From an uncultured Eubacteriales bacterium (GTDB taxonomy: Bacteria; Bacillota; Clostridia; UBA1212; CASDQQ01), in contig CASDQQ010000050.1 of assembly GCA_949282945.1 (NCBI GenBank), positions 1-57,559 of the forward strand: 57,559 nucleotides of DNA, written 5' to 3'. Both the position numbers and the translations under genes were made by a program. The notes below the pieces were generated by a model, which saw only the letters and a program-made list of their open reading frames with translations, was not told the origin of the DNA and did no database searches. Shown piece after piece: positions 35,709 to 44,898 of this stretch. The number at the start of each line of letters is the position of its first letter. Positions within the stretch are counted from its first letter, which is position 1.

Positions 35709-37367
35709 CTATCCGTTATTTGAAGTTCCTTTTGTCACAGCCATTCCAAGCTTAACCGCGTCCTTTTCAAGCTGGACTACTATATTGCTTATCCTCATGA
35801 TCTGTTCTGGCTCAAGACCGCCGCCGACTGCCATTTTGGCATTATATAAAATATCTTCTATACTGTCATGTATTTCAGTAAGCTTATCTCTCACAAGCCT
35901 TATCTGTTCATCGCCCGCAATATCCGCCGCAAGCTCTTTTTTAGTCATATGAGGAACATTTCCCGGCTCAAACTCAGTTATGCCTCTCACCGCCGTGCAA
36001 TTATATCCTGTTTTTTCCTTAACTAACCTGGCAAATTCTTCTTTAGCGTCATCTTCGCCGTGAACAAGAAAAATATTTTTCGGTTCCTTTATAATTCCCT
36101 TTACCCAATCTAAAAGCCCGTCACGGTCCGCATGTCCGGAAAAACCTTCCAAAACGTGTATTTTTGCGTTTACCGCAATTTTTTCTCCCAAAATGGATAC
36201 TTCCTTAATACCGTCTGTCAATGACCGGCCAAGAGTCCCCGCCGCCTGATAGCCTACAAAAACAATACTATTTTCCGCTCTCCACAAGTTATGCTTAAGG
36301 TGGTGCCTTATTCTTCCGGCGTCGCACATACCGCTGGCGGCTATAATTATTTTTGGAGACTTATCGAAATTTAGGGCTTTAGATTCTTCGCTGGTTCTGG
36401 AAAAATACAGATTTTTAAAATCAAGGGGATTATCCCCCCTTAAAATGTACTGCTTGGTTTCTTCATCAAACACCTGCGCGTTGCGCCTGAATATCTCTGT
36501 AGTACTTATAGCCATTGGACTGTCTATATAGACGTCTACTCTGTCTAAAATGTCTCTATAAGGCTCGTTGCTTTCATAAAACCTGTTCAGCTCATAAATA
36601 AGCTCCTGCGTCCTGCCAACGGCAAACGCCGGTATTATAACATTTCCGCCTCTTTTTACAGTGTCTGTTATAATATGGACAAGTTTTTTCAGGCTGTCTC
36701 CGTTACTTTCATGCAGCCGGTTACCATAAGTGGATTCCATTATTACATAGTCTGCCTTTTTTATTTTTACCGGATTTCTCAATATGGGTCTGTTTTCCAT
36801 ACCTATGTCTCCGGTATAAACGAGCTTTAAAGCGCCCTGACCTTCGTCAATCCATATTTCCGTAATGGCCGAACCCAAAATATGTCCCGCGTCGTTAAAA
36901 ACCGCTCTCATATTTTCATTAAGTACAAAAAGCTGATCATATAAAACAGGCCTTACTAATTTAAGGGTCTCAGTTACATCTTCCATTGTGTAAAGAGGTT
37001 CGATAAGCGGTTTCCCGCTCCTTTCTGCCTTTCTGTTTTCCCATTCTGCTTCCTTTTCCTGAATATGCGCGCTGTCAGGCAGCATTATACTTAAAAGATC
37101 TGCCGTAGCGTCTGTACAAAATATCTCTCCTTTAAAGCCGTGTTTAACCAAAAGAGGAAGTCTCCCTGAATGGTCTATATGAGCATGGCTCAAAATAACG
37201 CTTTCTATATTTTTCGGATCAAAAGGAAACTGTTCTCTATTAATCTTTTCTAAGGTTTTTCCTCCCTGGAACATTCCGCAGTCCAACAAAATATTATGCT
37301 CTCCCGAAGATATAAGATGACAAGAGCCTGTTACTGATTCTACCGCTCCGCAAAATTTTATTTTCAT
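35709..37367 (-). CDS. MBL-fold beta-CASP family ribonuclease (CPSF73-like)
   Basis: LLDCGMFQG and HAHIDHSGRLP (HxHxDH) motifs, a beta-CASP region and a C-terminal GHAD motif. ATG 37367 is 8 nt after AGGAG. Confidence 0.75.
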   Translation of the reverse strand: MKIKFCGAVESVTGSCHLISSGEHNILLDCGMFQGGKTLEKINREQFPFDPKNIESVILSHAHIDHSGRLPLLVKHGFKGEIFCTDATADLLSIMLPDSAHIQEKEAEWENRKAERSGKPLIEPLYTMEDVTETLKLVRPVLYDQLFVLNENMRAVFNDAGHILGSAITEIWIDEGQGALKLVYTGDIGMENRPILRNPVKIKKADYVIMESTYGNRLHESNGDSLKKLVHIITDTVKRGGNVIIPAFAVGRTQELIYELNRFYESNEPYRDILDRVDVYIDSPMAISTTEIFRRNAQVFDEETKQYILRGDNPLDFKNLYFSRTSEESKALNFDKSPKIIIAASGMCDAGRIRHHLKHNLWRAENSIVFVGYQAAGTLGRSLTDGIKEVSILGEKIAVNAKIHVLEGFSGHADRDGLLDWVKGIIKEPKNIFLVHGEDDAKEEFARLVKEKTGYNCTAVRGITEFEPGNVPHMTKKELAADIAGDEQIRLVRDKLTEIHDSIEDILYNAKMAVGGGLEPEQIMRISNIVVQLEKDAVKLGMAVTKGTSNNG

Positions 37368-37490
37368 TAAAACCACTCCTTAAAGCTAATAAATTATAAA
37401 AAGAGACTTTTCCCTTTTTGCTCTATGTTCTTCATATACCTTAACCTTAAAAGCAGGGATAGTCTCTTATATTATACATATGAAAAAAGA

Positions 37491-38558
37491 TTAATATTCA
37501 AAAATAAATTCTTTAAGCTTTGAAACATTAATTTTCAGATTTTCCTCGGACATATACAGATACGCGGGATTTTCATTAGGATAAAAATATCCTTTCATAG
37601 GTATCTGAAGTTGGGATATACCGTCCGCACCAATCGATACAACACTTTTAACATAGCTTGTAAGTTCAGCCAACGTAATATTGGTACGCGTCATTTTCAT
37701 ACAGTCCTCGGCAATACCTAAAAGAGTTGTTATATCTTCATTTTTCATTTTGTTGAATATAGTTTCCAGCACATGTCTCTGCCTTGCCGTACGGGCATAA
37801 TCGTTCGTAAGCTTTACCTCATCTCCGTTCTCATCTGTATAAATAAATGGCCCGGCCAGATAAGATCTGGCTCTTGCGTATTCGAGGGCGCACCAACCGT
37901 CTAATGTATTCCAGCCTTCTTTCATATTATGCCTGTTTGGGCCGGCTTCGTCCTCTCTTCTGCCTCTTAAGTAAGATGCCTCATCTGCGGTAAGCTTTAT
38001 ATCTATTCCTCCTATCCGGTCAATTATATTCCTAAAAAGAGTAAAGTTTACCACTGCGTATTTATCTATACTGATATTAAAATTATGCTCTATCGTCTCT
38101 ATCAGAAAAGCCGCGTCTCCTACAGCATATGCCGTATTAAGCTTTCTCCACCCATATTTATTTCCCTTCGAGTCGGTTCCAGGCAGTTCCACATAGGTAT
38201 CCCTTAATAATGATGTAACTTTTAGTTTTTTATGTTTCATATCTATAGTGGCGATCATCATTGAATCTGACCGGCCTCTCTCATTTGTGGTATAAGCGTC
38301 GCTGCCAACTAAAAGCACATTTATAATCTGATCATCCTCCAAAAGATCCTCATCGTGCTTAATATCATATTTAAGGTCGTCATTGAGATCGTCTTCCATA
38401 TCTATCTCTCCCAGATCATACCTGAAGTGTTTTCTGATATCATCCACAGTATACTGTCCGAGAAAATAATTTACATAAACCCCCACAACTAATATACCTA
38501 TAACAAGCATAATAGAAATTGCAGAAAATACCACCTTAAAAGTCTTCATCTTTTGCAT
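37491..38558 (-). CDS. LytR-CpsA-Psr (LCP) family glycopolymer-peptidoglycan ligase
   Basis: N-terminal TM anchor and the LCP core: NVLLVGSDAY...RGRSDSMMIATID, VNFTLFRNIIDRIGGI. Confidence 0.8.
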   Translation of the reverse strand: MQKMKTFKVVFSAISIMLVIGILVVGVYVNYFLGQYTVDDIRKHFRYDLGEIDMEDDLNDDLKYDIKHDEDLLEDDQIINVLLVGSDAYTTNERGRSDSMMIATIDMKHKKLKVTSLLRDTYVELPGTDSKGNKYGWRKLNTAYAVGDAAFLIETIEHNFNISIDKYAVVNFTLFRNIIDRIGGIDIKLTADEASYLRGRREDEAGPNRHNMKEGWNTLDGWCALEYARARSYLAGPFIYTDENGDEVKLTNDYARTARQRHVLETIFNKMKNEDITTLLGIAEDCMKMTRTNITLAELTSYVKSVVSIGADGISQLQIPMKGYFYPNENPAYLYMSEENLKINVSKLKEFIFEY

Positions 38559-38600
38559 CCGCTCCTTTATCAGATCGAAAGGCCCTTAAAACCTAAAATT

Positions 38601-39749
38601 TTACAGGTTCCTTTTGTTTTTTGATTTTAGCATATAACACACAATAAATCCAATAGAAAATCCAACCACCAACATTCCGGCCATACATAAGGCAAATGCA
38701 GCTCTTACCGAAAATATGCCGTTCCCCTGGTTTCCGGTATTTCCTGTAGGGGTAGCCGTAGGCGCTCCGCTTCCTTCGCTTATCCCTGGCATAGTAGTAT
38801 CAGCTGACGGCGTTTCAGTTATTTCAGGGGTCTGAGATGCCTCGGGCGGCTCTGAGACAGGTGTCTCGGTAACCGAAGGGGCCGTAGTTACCGGCGGAGT
38901 AGTATTGGGAGTTGTAGGTTTAGGTGTGTCAGGCTTAGGTGTAGTGGGTTTTGGCGTTGACGGTTTTGGCGTCGATGGCTTGGGAGTAGCCGCAGCACGC
39001 GTCACCGCTATCTGATATGTTTTGGTGGTCTTTCCGTCTTCCGCCGTGACCTTAACGTTTATAGTCGTGGTCTTTCCCGCCGTAAGATTATATTTACCCG
39101 TCCCACTTATTTTCGCGCCTGAGTTACTCGCCTTGGCAGAAACCGTTATGCTCGACACACTATTTGAAACACTTACCTTATAAGATGTGGTCCCCGAGGC
39201 AAACTTTGGGTTCAGGGTCCCTGTATTAAGAGAAAGAGAACTCAGATTAGCATCGGAAGATAAATTTCTTACCGTTACTGTTTTGCTGCCGCTCGAGCTT
39301 CCTAAACTGCCTCCCGCCACTGTAGTAAAATCTGAAGTGCTTGCTTTTATTACAGTGCTTCCCGCTTTTTTAGCCGTAAAATTAAGTGTTACTGAAAAGG
39401 ATTTTGACGTATTTGTACCGTTAGGGGACGGAACATACATGATGGTCCCTCCTCCTACATTATTGACCGCACTCTGATTTGAACTTGAAACAAAGGTCAA
39501 TATACTGGCGTCATATGTTATTTCAGCTACTATGGCGCCCACATATTCTCCTCCTCCGGAAAATGTAACCGTGGCGGACACACTGCCTCCCACGGCCACC
39601 GTGGAAGCCGTTACGCTCACAGAAGTGCTTCCGGCGGCATAAATTTTAGTTTTTTCAAAAATGAACAACTGTAAAAATAAACAAAGCGCTGTAAAAATAA
39701 CCGCCGATTTTTTAACTTTTCCTACAACATTGCCCTTAATATTATTCAT
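38601..39749 (-). CDS. Surface protein: signal peptide, cohesin-like domain, cadherin-like beta-sandwich domain, Pro/Thr linker, C-terminal TM anchor
   Basis: SVSVTASTVAVGGSVSATVTFSGGGEYVGAIVAEITYDASILTFVSS fits the cohesin N-terminal pattern. ANLSSLSLNTGTLNPKFASGTTSYKVSV...TTKTYQIAVTR is a typical cadherin-like beta-sandwich repeat. TPKPS repeats, then a hydrophobic helix and KSKNKRNL. ATG 39749 follows GAAAGGG. Confidence 0.65.
   Translation of the reverse strand: MNNIKGNVVGKVKKSAVIFTALCLFLQLFIFEKTKIYAAGSTSVSVTASTVAVGGSVSATVTFSGGGEYVGAIVAEITYDASILTFVSSSNQSAVNNVGGGTIMYVPSPNGTNTSKSFSVTLNFTAKKAGSTVIKASTSDFTTVAGGSLGSSSGSKTVTVRNLSSDANLSSLSLNTGTLNPKFASGTTSYKVSVSNSVSSITVSAKASNSGAKISGTGKYNLTAGKTTTINVKVTAEDGKTTKTYQIAVTRAAATPKPSTPKPSTPKPTTPKPDTPKPTTPNTTPPVTTAPSVTETPVSEPPEASQTPEITETPSADTTMPGISEGSGAPTATPTGNTGNQGNGIFSVRAAFALCMAGMLVVGFSIGFIVCYMLKSKNKRNL
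38896..38987 (-). repeat. In-frame 15-nt tandem repeats encoding a (T/S)TPKP linker
   Basis: Translation TPKPSTPKPSTPKPTTPKPDTPKPTTPNTTP. Imperfect nucleotide repeats of the ACNCCNAARCC type lie inside the surface-protein CDS. Confidence 0.8.
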
Positions 39750-39760
39750 AAAAACCCTTT

Positions 39761-41371
39761 CTACCACTCAATAGTAATGATCCTCAACAAATGCTTCTGT
39801 ATATTAAGTAAATCCACTGAAGACACATTTCCATCCCTGTTCACATCCGCCGCGTCCATATGGACTCCTTCAAGAAGGCTTATGCGCAAAAGATGTTTTT
39901 GCACATTGAGAAGGTCTATCGAACTTATAACTCCGTCTCCGCTCACATCTCCCAACACCACGGCTTCAAGCTCCTCAATGGTTTTTCCTCCGTAAACTAA
40001 CCTGACTTTAAAACCTGTGCCGATGATACCTGATGAAACTTCCTTATTTTCCCCGTTGTATATCTTTATGATACCGGAGGAATTATTACCTTTAAACGCG
40101 GCCGCGGCCTCCGATACAGAAGTTCCGGCAGTCAGGCCTCTGACTATATGATTCTCTCTGTCTACAGTATATATACTGCTTACAATATATTCCGGCGCTT
40201 CCGCCTCAACAGATTCTTCCAGTTCCATAAGCTTCTGGGTAAGCTCCTCTTTTACATATTTTTTCTGTTCTTCCGTAAGACGGTCATATGCGTTCATGGC
40301 GTTTTCTATATTTTCTTTGTCCGAGGCCGTCACATTTTCCGGAAGCGGCAGCGCCTCGATCATTGACATCACTTCGGCCGCCCTGAAAAAATCATCCATA
40401 TTGTCTGTAACTTTTCCGTCATAGGTTATTCTGTGCATACTTCCGTAATATATAAATCCAGAATTTACCTCATATACATTGCAAAAGTAAATATGTCCTT
40501 TTACAGTGTTTATACAAGCTCCAAATATATTGGATACATCGGTGTCAGAATAAAAATCGCCTATTTCAAGGCTTCCTATTATTCCTCCTTTATCGATCAT
40601 GGAAAAATAAAGTATTTCATCATATACGGCAAGATGACCGCATTTATAATCGGTATATACATAGACTCTCTGATTAGAGGCTCCGGAAGTATTTATGCGG
40701 CAGACTCTTCCATTTGTTGAATTTATATAAAAAACATAGTCGTTGTAGACAACTATCTGAGAAGCCTGAGCCGAGGAAATACAGGCCGTATTTCCCGATT
40801 TAGCTTCCATTCTGTAAATAAGGCTGTCTTCATAACCTATATAATAAATGTATTCTCCCTGAACATTAAGCGAGGCTCCTTTTATCTTATTCCCCACATA
40901 TTCCGGAGAACTTCCTGTTATCAGGCACTTTTTTATAGTCCATCCGTCCGACGCGTCCAAATAATACATATGATCGTCAACCACCGTAAGATAAAAAGCG
41001 TTTGTATCTATAAGCTTTTTGCGCCCCGCGCCGTCGGTGGATACTGAATACACAGAGCCTCCGTCCGAAAGATTACGGTAGTATAAGGTATTTTCTACTA
41101 CATTAATATACTGCGCTTCATCATCCGACAGCTTTTTATATCCGGTGCCGTCTGTTCTCATTCTATATAACTTTCCCATATCTTCTGTGTTGGAAAAATA
41201 AATATAGTCCCCGCTTTCACACATAAGGCCGAAATTTGAAATATTGGACGCCGTATTTCCATAAACATAATCGGCAGCTTCAAAAAAATTAACGGCAACA
41301 ATTCCCGAAACTGTCAAAAGCACTAAAAAAATTGCTATGAATAAAATACTACGTCTTTTACTAAAAATCAT
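39761..41371 (-). CDS. Secreted DUF5050-type beta-propeller protein with a C-terminal dockerin
   Basis: Signal/anchor N-terminus and about 8 repeats ending in aromatic blocks (GDYIYFSN, NTLYYRN, DHMYYLD, GEYIYYIG, NDYVFYIN, DEILYFSM, GHIYFCN, GFIYYGS). The C-terminus GDVSGDGVISSIDLLNVQKHLL...ADVNRDGNVSSVDLLNIQKHLL is a duplicated Ca-binding dockerin motif. GGAGG RBS. Confidence 0.7.
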   Translation of the reverse strand: MIFSKRRSILFIAIFLVLLTVSGIVAVNFFEAADYVYGNTASNISNFGLMCESGDYIYFSNTEDMGKLYRMRTDGTGYKKLSDDEAQYINVVENTLYYRNLSDGGSVYSVSTDGAGRKKLIDTNAFYLTVVDDHMYYLDASDGWTIKKCLITGSSPEYVGNKIKGASLNVQGEYIYYIGYEDSLIYRMEAKSGNTACISSAQASQIVVYNDYVFYINSTNGRVCRINTSGASNQRVYVYTDYKCGHLAVYDEILYFSMIDKGGIIGSLEIGDFYSDTDVSNIFGACINTVKGHIYFCNVYEVNSGFIYYGSMHRITYDGKVTDNMDDFFRAAEVMSMIEALPLPENVTASDKENIENAMNAYDRLTEEQKKYVKEELTQKLMELEESVEAEAPEYIVSSIYTVDRENHIVRGLTAGTSVSEAAAAFKGNNSSGIIKIYNGENKEVSSGIIGTGFKVRLVYGGKTIEELEAVVLGDVSGDGVISSIDLLNVQKHLLRISLLEGVHMDAADVNRDGNVSSVDLLNIQKHLLRIITIEW

Positions 41372-41428
41372 ACGAGCCTCCTAATTTTTGATTATATCAG
41401 ACCATTCCCCCCTATTTCAACTAATTAA

Positions 41429-41458
41429 GGAGGATGTAAAAAACCTTTTACATCCTCC
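41429..41458 (-). terminator. Rho-independent terminator ending the pgk...sugar-transferase transcription unit
   Basis: Perfect 13-bp stem GGAGGATGTAAAA / TTTTACATCCTCC with a 4-nt loop, 20 nt after the sugar transferase stop. A/T-rich on the flank. Confidence 0.7.
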
Positions 41459-41478
41459 CGGGCCAATACGGCATATTT

Positions 41479-42087
41479 TTATCCTTTAGAAACCGCAAAC
41501 AAAGTACTGAAAATTATTTTTATATCCAAAAAAACATTCATTTCTTTCATGTATTTAAGGCTATACTCTATTTTAGCGGGCATAATATTTTCAATATATT
41601 CCTTTTCCGGATCTTCGGCCTCGGCAAGAAGTTCGCTTTCATTTCTAAAATATATAGAAGCGTAATCCGTAATACCTGGACGTATTTTTAGTACCTCTCT
41701 TTGCCTTTCATTATACATTTCCACATATTTCGGAACCTCCGGCCTGGGACCAACAAAGCTCATATCCCCTATAAAAACATTAAAAAGCTGAGGAAGCTCG
41801 TCAAGCTTTGTCTTTCTCAAAAATTTTCCTGCTCCGGTTATCCTGCTGTCCGCTCCTACCGTAATGCTGAGCCCCTTTTTATCAGATCCTTCAAACATAG
41901 TTCTGAATTTTAATATCTTAAATTGCTTTCCGTATCTTCCTATCCTTATTTGTTTAAAAAATACCGGCCCTTTTGACGTACATTTTACTGAAATTCCTAT
42001 TATAAGCAGCATCGGGCTTAATAGGATAATTCCCAAAAATGAAGCAATTATATCGAAGCACCGCTTGAAAAACATATTTGCCTTCAT
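41479..42087 (-). CDS. Small monotopic phosphoglycosyl transferase (bacterial sugar transferase, PglC/EpsL type)
   Basis: FKRCFDIIASFLGIILLSP re-entrant helix, then PVFFKQIRIGRYGKQFKILKFRTM and DELPQLFNVFIGDMSFVGPRPE motifs. ATG 42087 overlaps the upstream stop (ATGA). Confidence 0.85.
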   Translation of the reverse strand: MKANMFFKRCFDIIASFLGIILLSPMLLIIGISVKCTSKGPVFFKQIRIGRYGKQFKILKFRTMFEGSDKKGLSITVGADSRITGAGKFLRKTKLDELPQLFNVFIGDMSFVGPRPEVPKYVEMYNERQREVLKIRPGITDYASIYFRNESELLAEAEDPEKEYIENIMPAKIEYSLKYMKEMNVFLDIKIIFSTLFAVSKG

Positions 42088-43262
42088 TTTCCAAATTTCT
42101 CCGCCACATCTCTCACCGCGTCTATAACGTAATACACATCTTCTTCTTCCATAGAGGAATAAAGAGGAATAGAAACGATCCTGTTCCAATACTGTTCAGT
42201 ATTCGGGAAATCTCCCTCTTTAAATCCGAATCTGTCTCTGTAAGCGCTCATTAAATGAACCGGCGCAAAATGTACGCTAGTTCCTACATTTCTTTCATTC
42301 AGCTCAATTATAAACTGGTCCCTGTCTATTTTCAGTTTATCAAGCTCAAGCTTCAATATATATAGATGACGGCTGTGAACGGTAGTGTTGGGCGCTATCT
42401 TAATGTAGTCCACACAATCAATCTTATCAAATTCACGATCATATATTTGAGCAAAGCGCTCTCTCTTTTGCTGCATTTCCTCAAACCGCTCTAATTGCGC
42501 GAGACCAAGAGCCGCCTGCATATCAAACATATTTCCCTTATATCCTATAGCTGTAACATCATATCTCCACGACCCATGTCTGGCATATCTGTTCCATGCG
42601 TTATTGCTCATACCATGGGAAGTAATGGGGCTTACCTTATCGTAAAGCTCTTCATCATCAGTAACGAGCATTCCCCCTTCTCCTGTACACAAATTTTTAG
42701 TCGCGTAAAAGCTATATGAAACAGCGTTCTTTGAGCCACATCCTATTCTTTTACCGTTATTCTGCGTATAAAAGGCGTGTGCCGCGTCCTCTGATACAAA
42801 CAGACCGTAATCGTCCGCTATTTTATATATTTTTTCCAGATCGCATGCCTGCCCGGCGTAATGTACAGGAACAATAGCCTTGGTTTTTGAGGTAATCTTT
42901 TTAAGGATCTCCCCGGGATCTATGCAGCAGGTTTCCGGATCTATATCGGCAAATACTGGAACAGCTCCTCTGTGAATAATTGTATTAGCCGTAGATACAA
43001 ATGTCATTGGCGTAGTTATGACCTCGTCCCCTTCTTTTATATCAGCGCCTTCCAACGCAAAATATAGCGCGGCGGTGCAGGAGGAAGTGCTTATAGCGTA
43101 TTTTGCCCCTACAAATTCCGCGAATTTTTTCTCGAACTCTCTGGTCTTGGGGCCCTTTGCCAACCAACCCGACTTTAAGGTATCCATAACCTGACAGATT
43201 TCTTTTTCAGAAATATCCGGACGTGAATAGGCCAAAAAATCTTCTCTGCACTCAAAGCTCAT
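42084..43262 (-). CDS. DegT/DnrJ/EryC1/StrS family PLP-dependent sugar aminotransferase
   Basis: Family-typical layout with SFYATKNLCTGEGGMLVT (PLP lysine block). 392 aa. The ATG overlaps the gpmI stop (ATGA at 43259-43262). Confidence 0.85.
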   Translation of the reverse strand: MSFECREDFLAYSRPDISEKEICQVMDTLKSGWLAKGPKTREFEKKFAEFVGAKYAISTSSCTAALYFALEGADIKEGDEVITTPMTFVSTANTIIHRGAVPVFADIDPETCCIDPGEILKKITSKTKAIVPVHYAGQACDLEKIYKIADDYGLFVSEDAAHAFYTQNNGKRIGCGSKNAVSYSFYATKNLCTGEGGMLVTDDEELYDKVSPITSHGMSNNAWNRYARHGSWRYDVTAIGYKGNMFDMQAALGLAQLERFEEMQQKRERFAQIYDREFDKIDCVDYIKIAPNTTVHSRHLYILKLELDKLKIDRDQFIIELNERNVGTSVHFAPVHLMSAYRDRFGFKEGDFPNTEQYWNRIVSIPLYSSMEEEDVYYVIDAVRDVAEKFGK

Positions 43263-44794
43263 TTTATCAATACCTCTCCCGACATCTCAGCCGGCTGCTC
43301 CAGTCCCATAATCCTGAGCATAGTAGGCGCTATGTCGGCAAGGCGTCCCTCTTTAAGTTCTATTCCGGGTACTCCCACAATAATCATAGGCACTACGTTT
43401 GTAGTATGAGCCGTAAGCGGACCTCCGGTGGTATAATCTATAAGCTGTTCTGAATTTCCGTGGTCGGCTGTTATGATAACAACTCCGTCTTTTTCTTTTA
43501 TCTTTGAAACGACTTTTCCCACGCATTCGTCTACGGCTTCTACTGCTTTTACCGCCGCCTCAAATACTCCGGTATGACCCACCATGTCGCAGTTTGCATA
43601 ATTGAGGATTATTACATCATATTTATCCGAATCTATTCTTGATATAACTTCCTCAGTAACTTCATAAGCGCTCATTTCTGGTTTTAAGTCATATGTGGCG
43701 ACTTTAGGCGAAGGAATGAGAGCTCTGTCCTCTCCTTTGTACATAGTCTCTACTCCGCCGTTAAAGAAGAAAGTAACGTGAGCGTATTTTTCAGTCTCGG
43801 CTATCCTGAGCTGGGTCATTCCCAGATTAGAAATATACTCGCCAAAATTATTTACTAACGGTCCTTCTTTTTTGAATGCTACCTCCACATTGGGGATAGT
43901 GTCGTCATACTGCCTCATACATATATATTTAACAGGGAAATATCCCTTTTTTCTTTCAAATCCGCTAAACTCCGGATCTGCAAAAGCCCTTGTGATCTCT
44001 CTGGCTCTGTCCGGCCTGAAATTATAGAAAATTATAGAATCTCCTTCTTCTATAACAGCGGTTGGCTTTCCGTCCTTTAAAATAACAGTAGGAATGACAA
44101 ATTCGTCGTAAACTTCTTTTTCATAAGAAGCAGTTATAGCTTCCTGCGCGCTGAGAGCGGTATTTCCCTCTCCCATAACCATGGCGTCGTAGGCTTTAAC
44201 GACTCTTTCCCATCTGCTGTCTCTGTCCATAGCATAATATCTTCCCGATATAGTAGCTATTTCCCCAACGCCTATTTCTTTCATTTTATTTTCAAGTTCT
44301 ATGATGAACCCTTTGGCACTGTCCGGCGGAACATCCCTTCCGTCAAGGAAACAATGGACGTACACTTCTTTAAGTCCCTTTCTTTTCGCCAGTTCTATAA
44401 TAGCATACAAATGAGTTATATGGCTGTGTACGCCTCCATCTGAAAGCAGTCCATAGACATGGAGCTTTTTATTATTTGCAATACATGAATCTATAGCTTC
44501 GTTAAACTCGGCTATTTGAAAAAATTCTCCGTCATTTATAGCTTTGGTAATTCTTGTAAGCTCCTGATATACAATTCTGCCGGCTCCTATGTTGGTATGT
44601 CCCACCTCGGAATTTCCCATTTGTCCGTCAGGAAGCCCCACATCCATACCGCTCGTTCTTATGACCGTATTTGGGTATTCTTTCATAAGTCTGTCAAGAT
44701 TGGGGGTCCTGGCCGCAAGAACAGCGTTTCCTTCGGCTCTCGGATTTATGCCGTATCCATCTAAAATCATTAACATCACAGGTCTTTTATTCAT
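43259..44794 (-). CDS. gpmI: 2,3-bisphosphoglycerate-independent phosphoglycerate mutase
   Basis: PVMLMILDGYG, GNSEVGHTNIGAGR and ADHGN motifs; 511 aa. Confidence 0.95.
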   Translation of the reverse strand: MNKRPVMLMILDGYGINPRAEGNAVLAARTPNLDRLMKEYPNTVIRTSGMDVGLPDGQMGNSEVGHTNIGAGRIVYQELTRITKAINDGEFFQIAEFNEAIDSCIANNKKLHVYGLLSDGGVHSHITHLYAIIELAKRKGLKEVYVHCFLDGRDVPPDSAKGFIIELENKMKEIGVGEIATISGRYYAMDRDSRWERVVKAYDAMVMGEGNTALSAQEAITASYEKEVYDEFVIPTVILKDGKPTAVIEEGDSIIFYNFRPDRAREITRAFADPEFSGFERKKGYFPVKYICMRQYDDTIPNVEVAFKKEGPLVNNFGEYISNLGMTQLRIAETEKYAHVTFFFNGGVETMYKGEDRALIPSPKVATYDLKPEMSAYEVTEEVISRIDSDKYDVIILNYANCDMVGHTGVFEAAVKAVEAVDECVGKVVSKIKEKDGVVIITADHGNSEQLIDYTTGGPLTAHTTNVVPMIIVGVPGIELKEGRLADIAPTMLRIMGLEQPAEMSGEVLIK

Positions 44795-44843
44795 AAATAA
44801 CTACCTCTTTCTTCCTATCCATGTAATAAATATTTTAAAAATT

Positions 44844-44869
44844 CCGGGGATCTATATTTAAATCCCCGG
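44844..44869 (-). terminator. Intra-operon hairpin between tpiA and gpmI (possible partial terminator or processing site)
   Basis: 8-bp stem CCGGGGAT / ATCCCCGG with a 10-nt loop, followed on the minus strand by AATTTTTAAAATATTT. It sits in the 104-nt tpiA-gpmI gap. Confidence 0.4.
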
Positions 44870-44898
44870 CCTAAATACAACAAATAAATTATATACTA

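Noticed and set aside
35026-35952. 308-aa + strand ORF antisense to glmU. Similar cases: 55841-56746 antisense to pheA, 1806-2432 antisense to cwlJ, 17055-17537 antisense to VanW.
   Set aside because: These are shadow ORFs opposite strongly conserved genes. Their compositionally biased translations lack family motifs and plausible translation signals.
38896-38987. Short tandem DNA repeats considered as a VNTR or CRISPR-like array
   Set aside because: The repeats are 15-nt, imperfect, in frame and contiguous with no spacers. They encode a Pro/Thr/Lys linker inside a surface-protein CDS.
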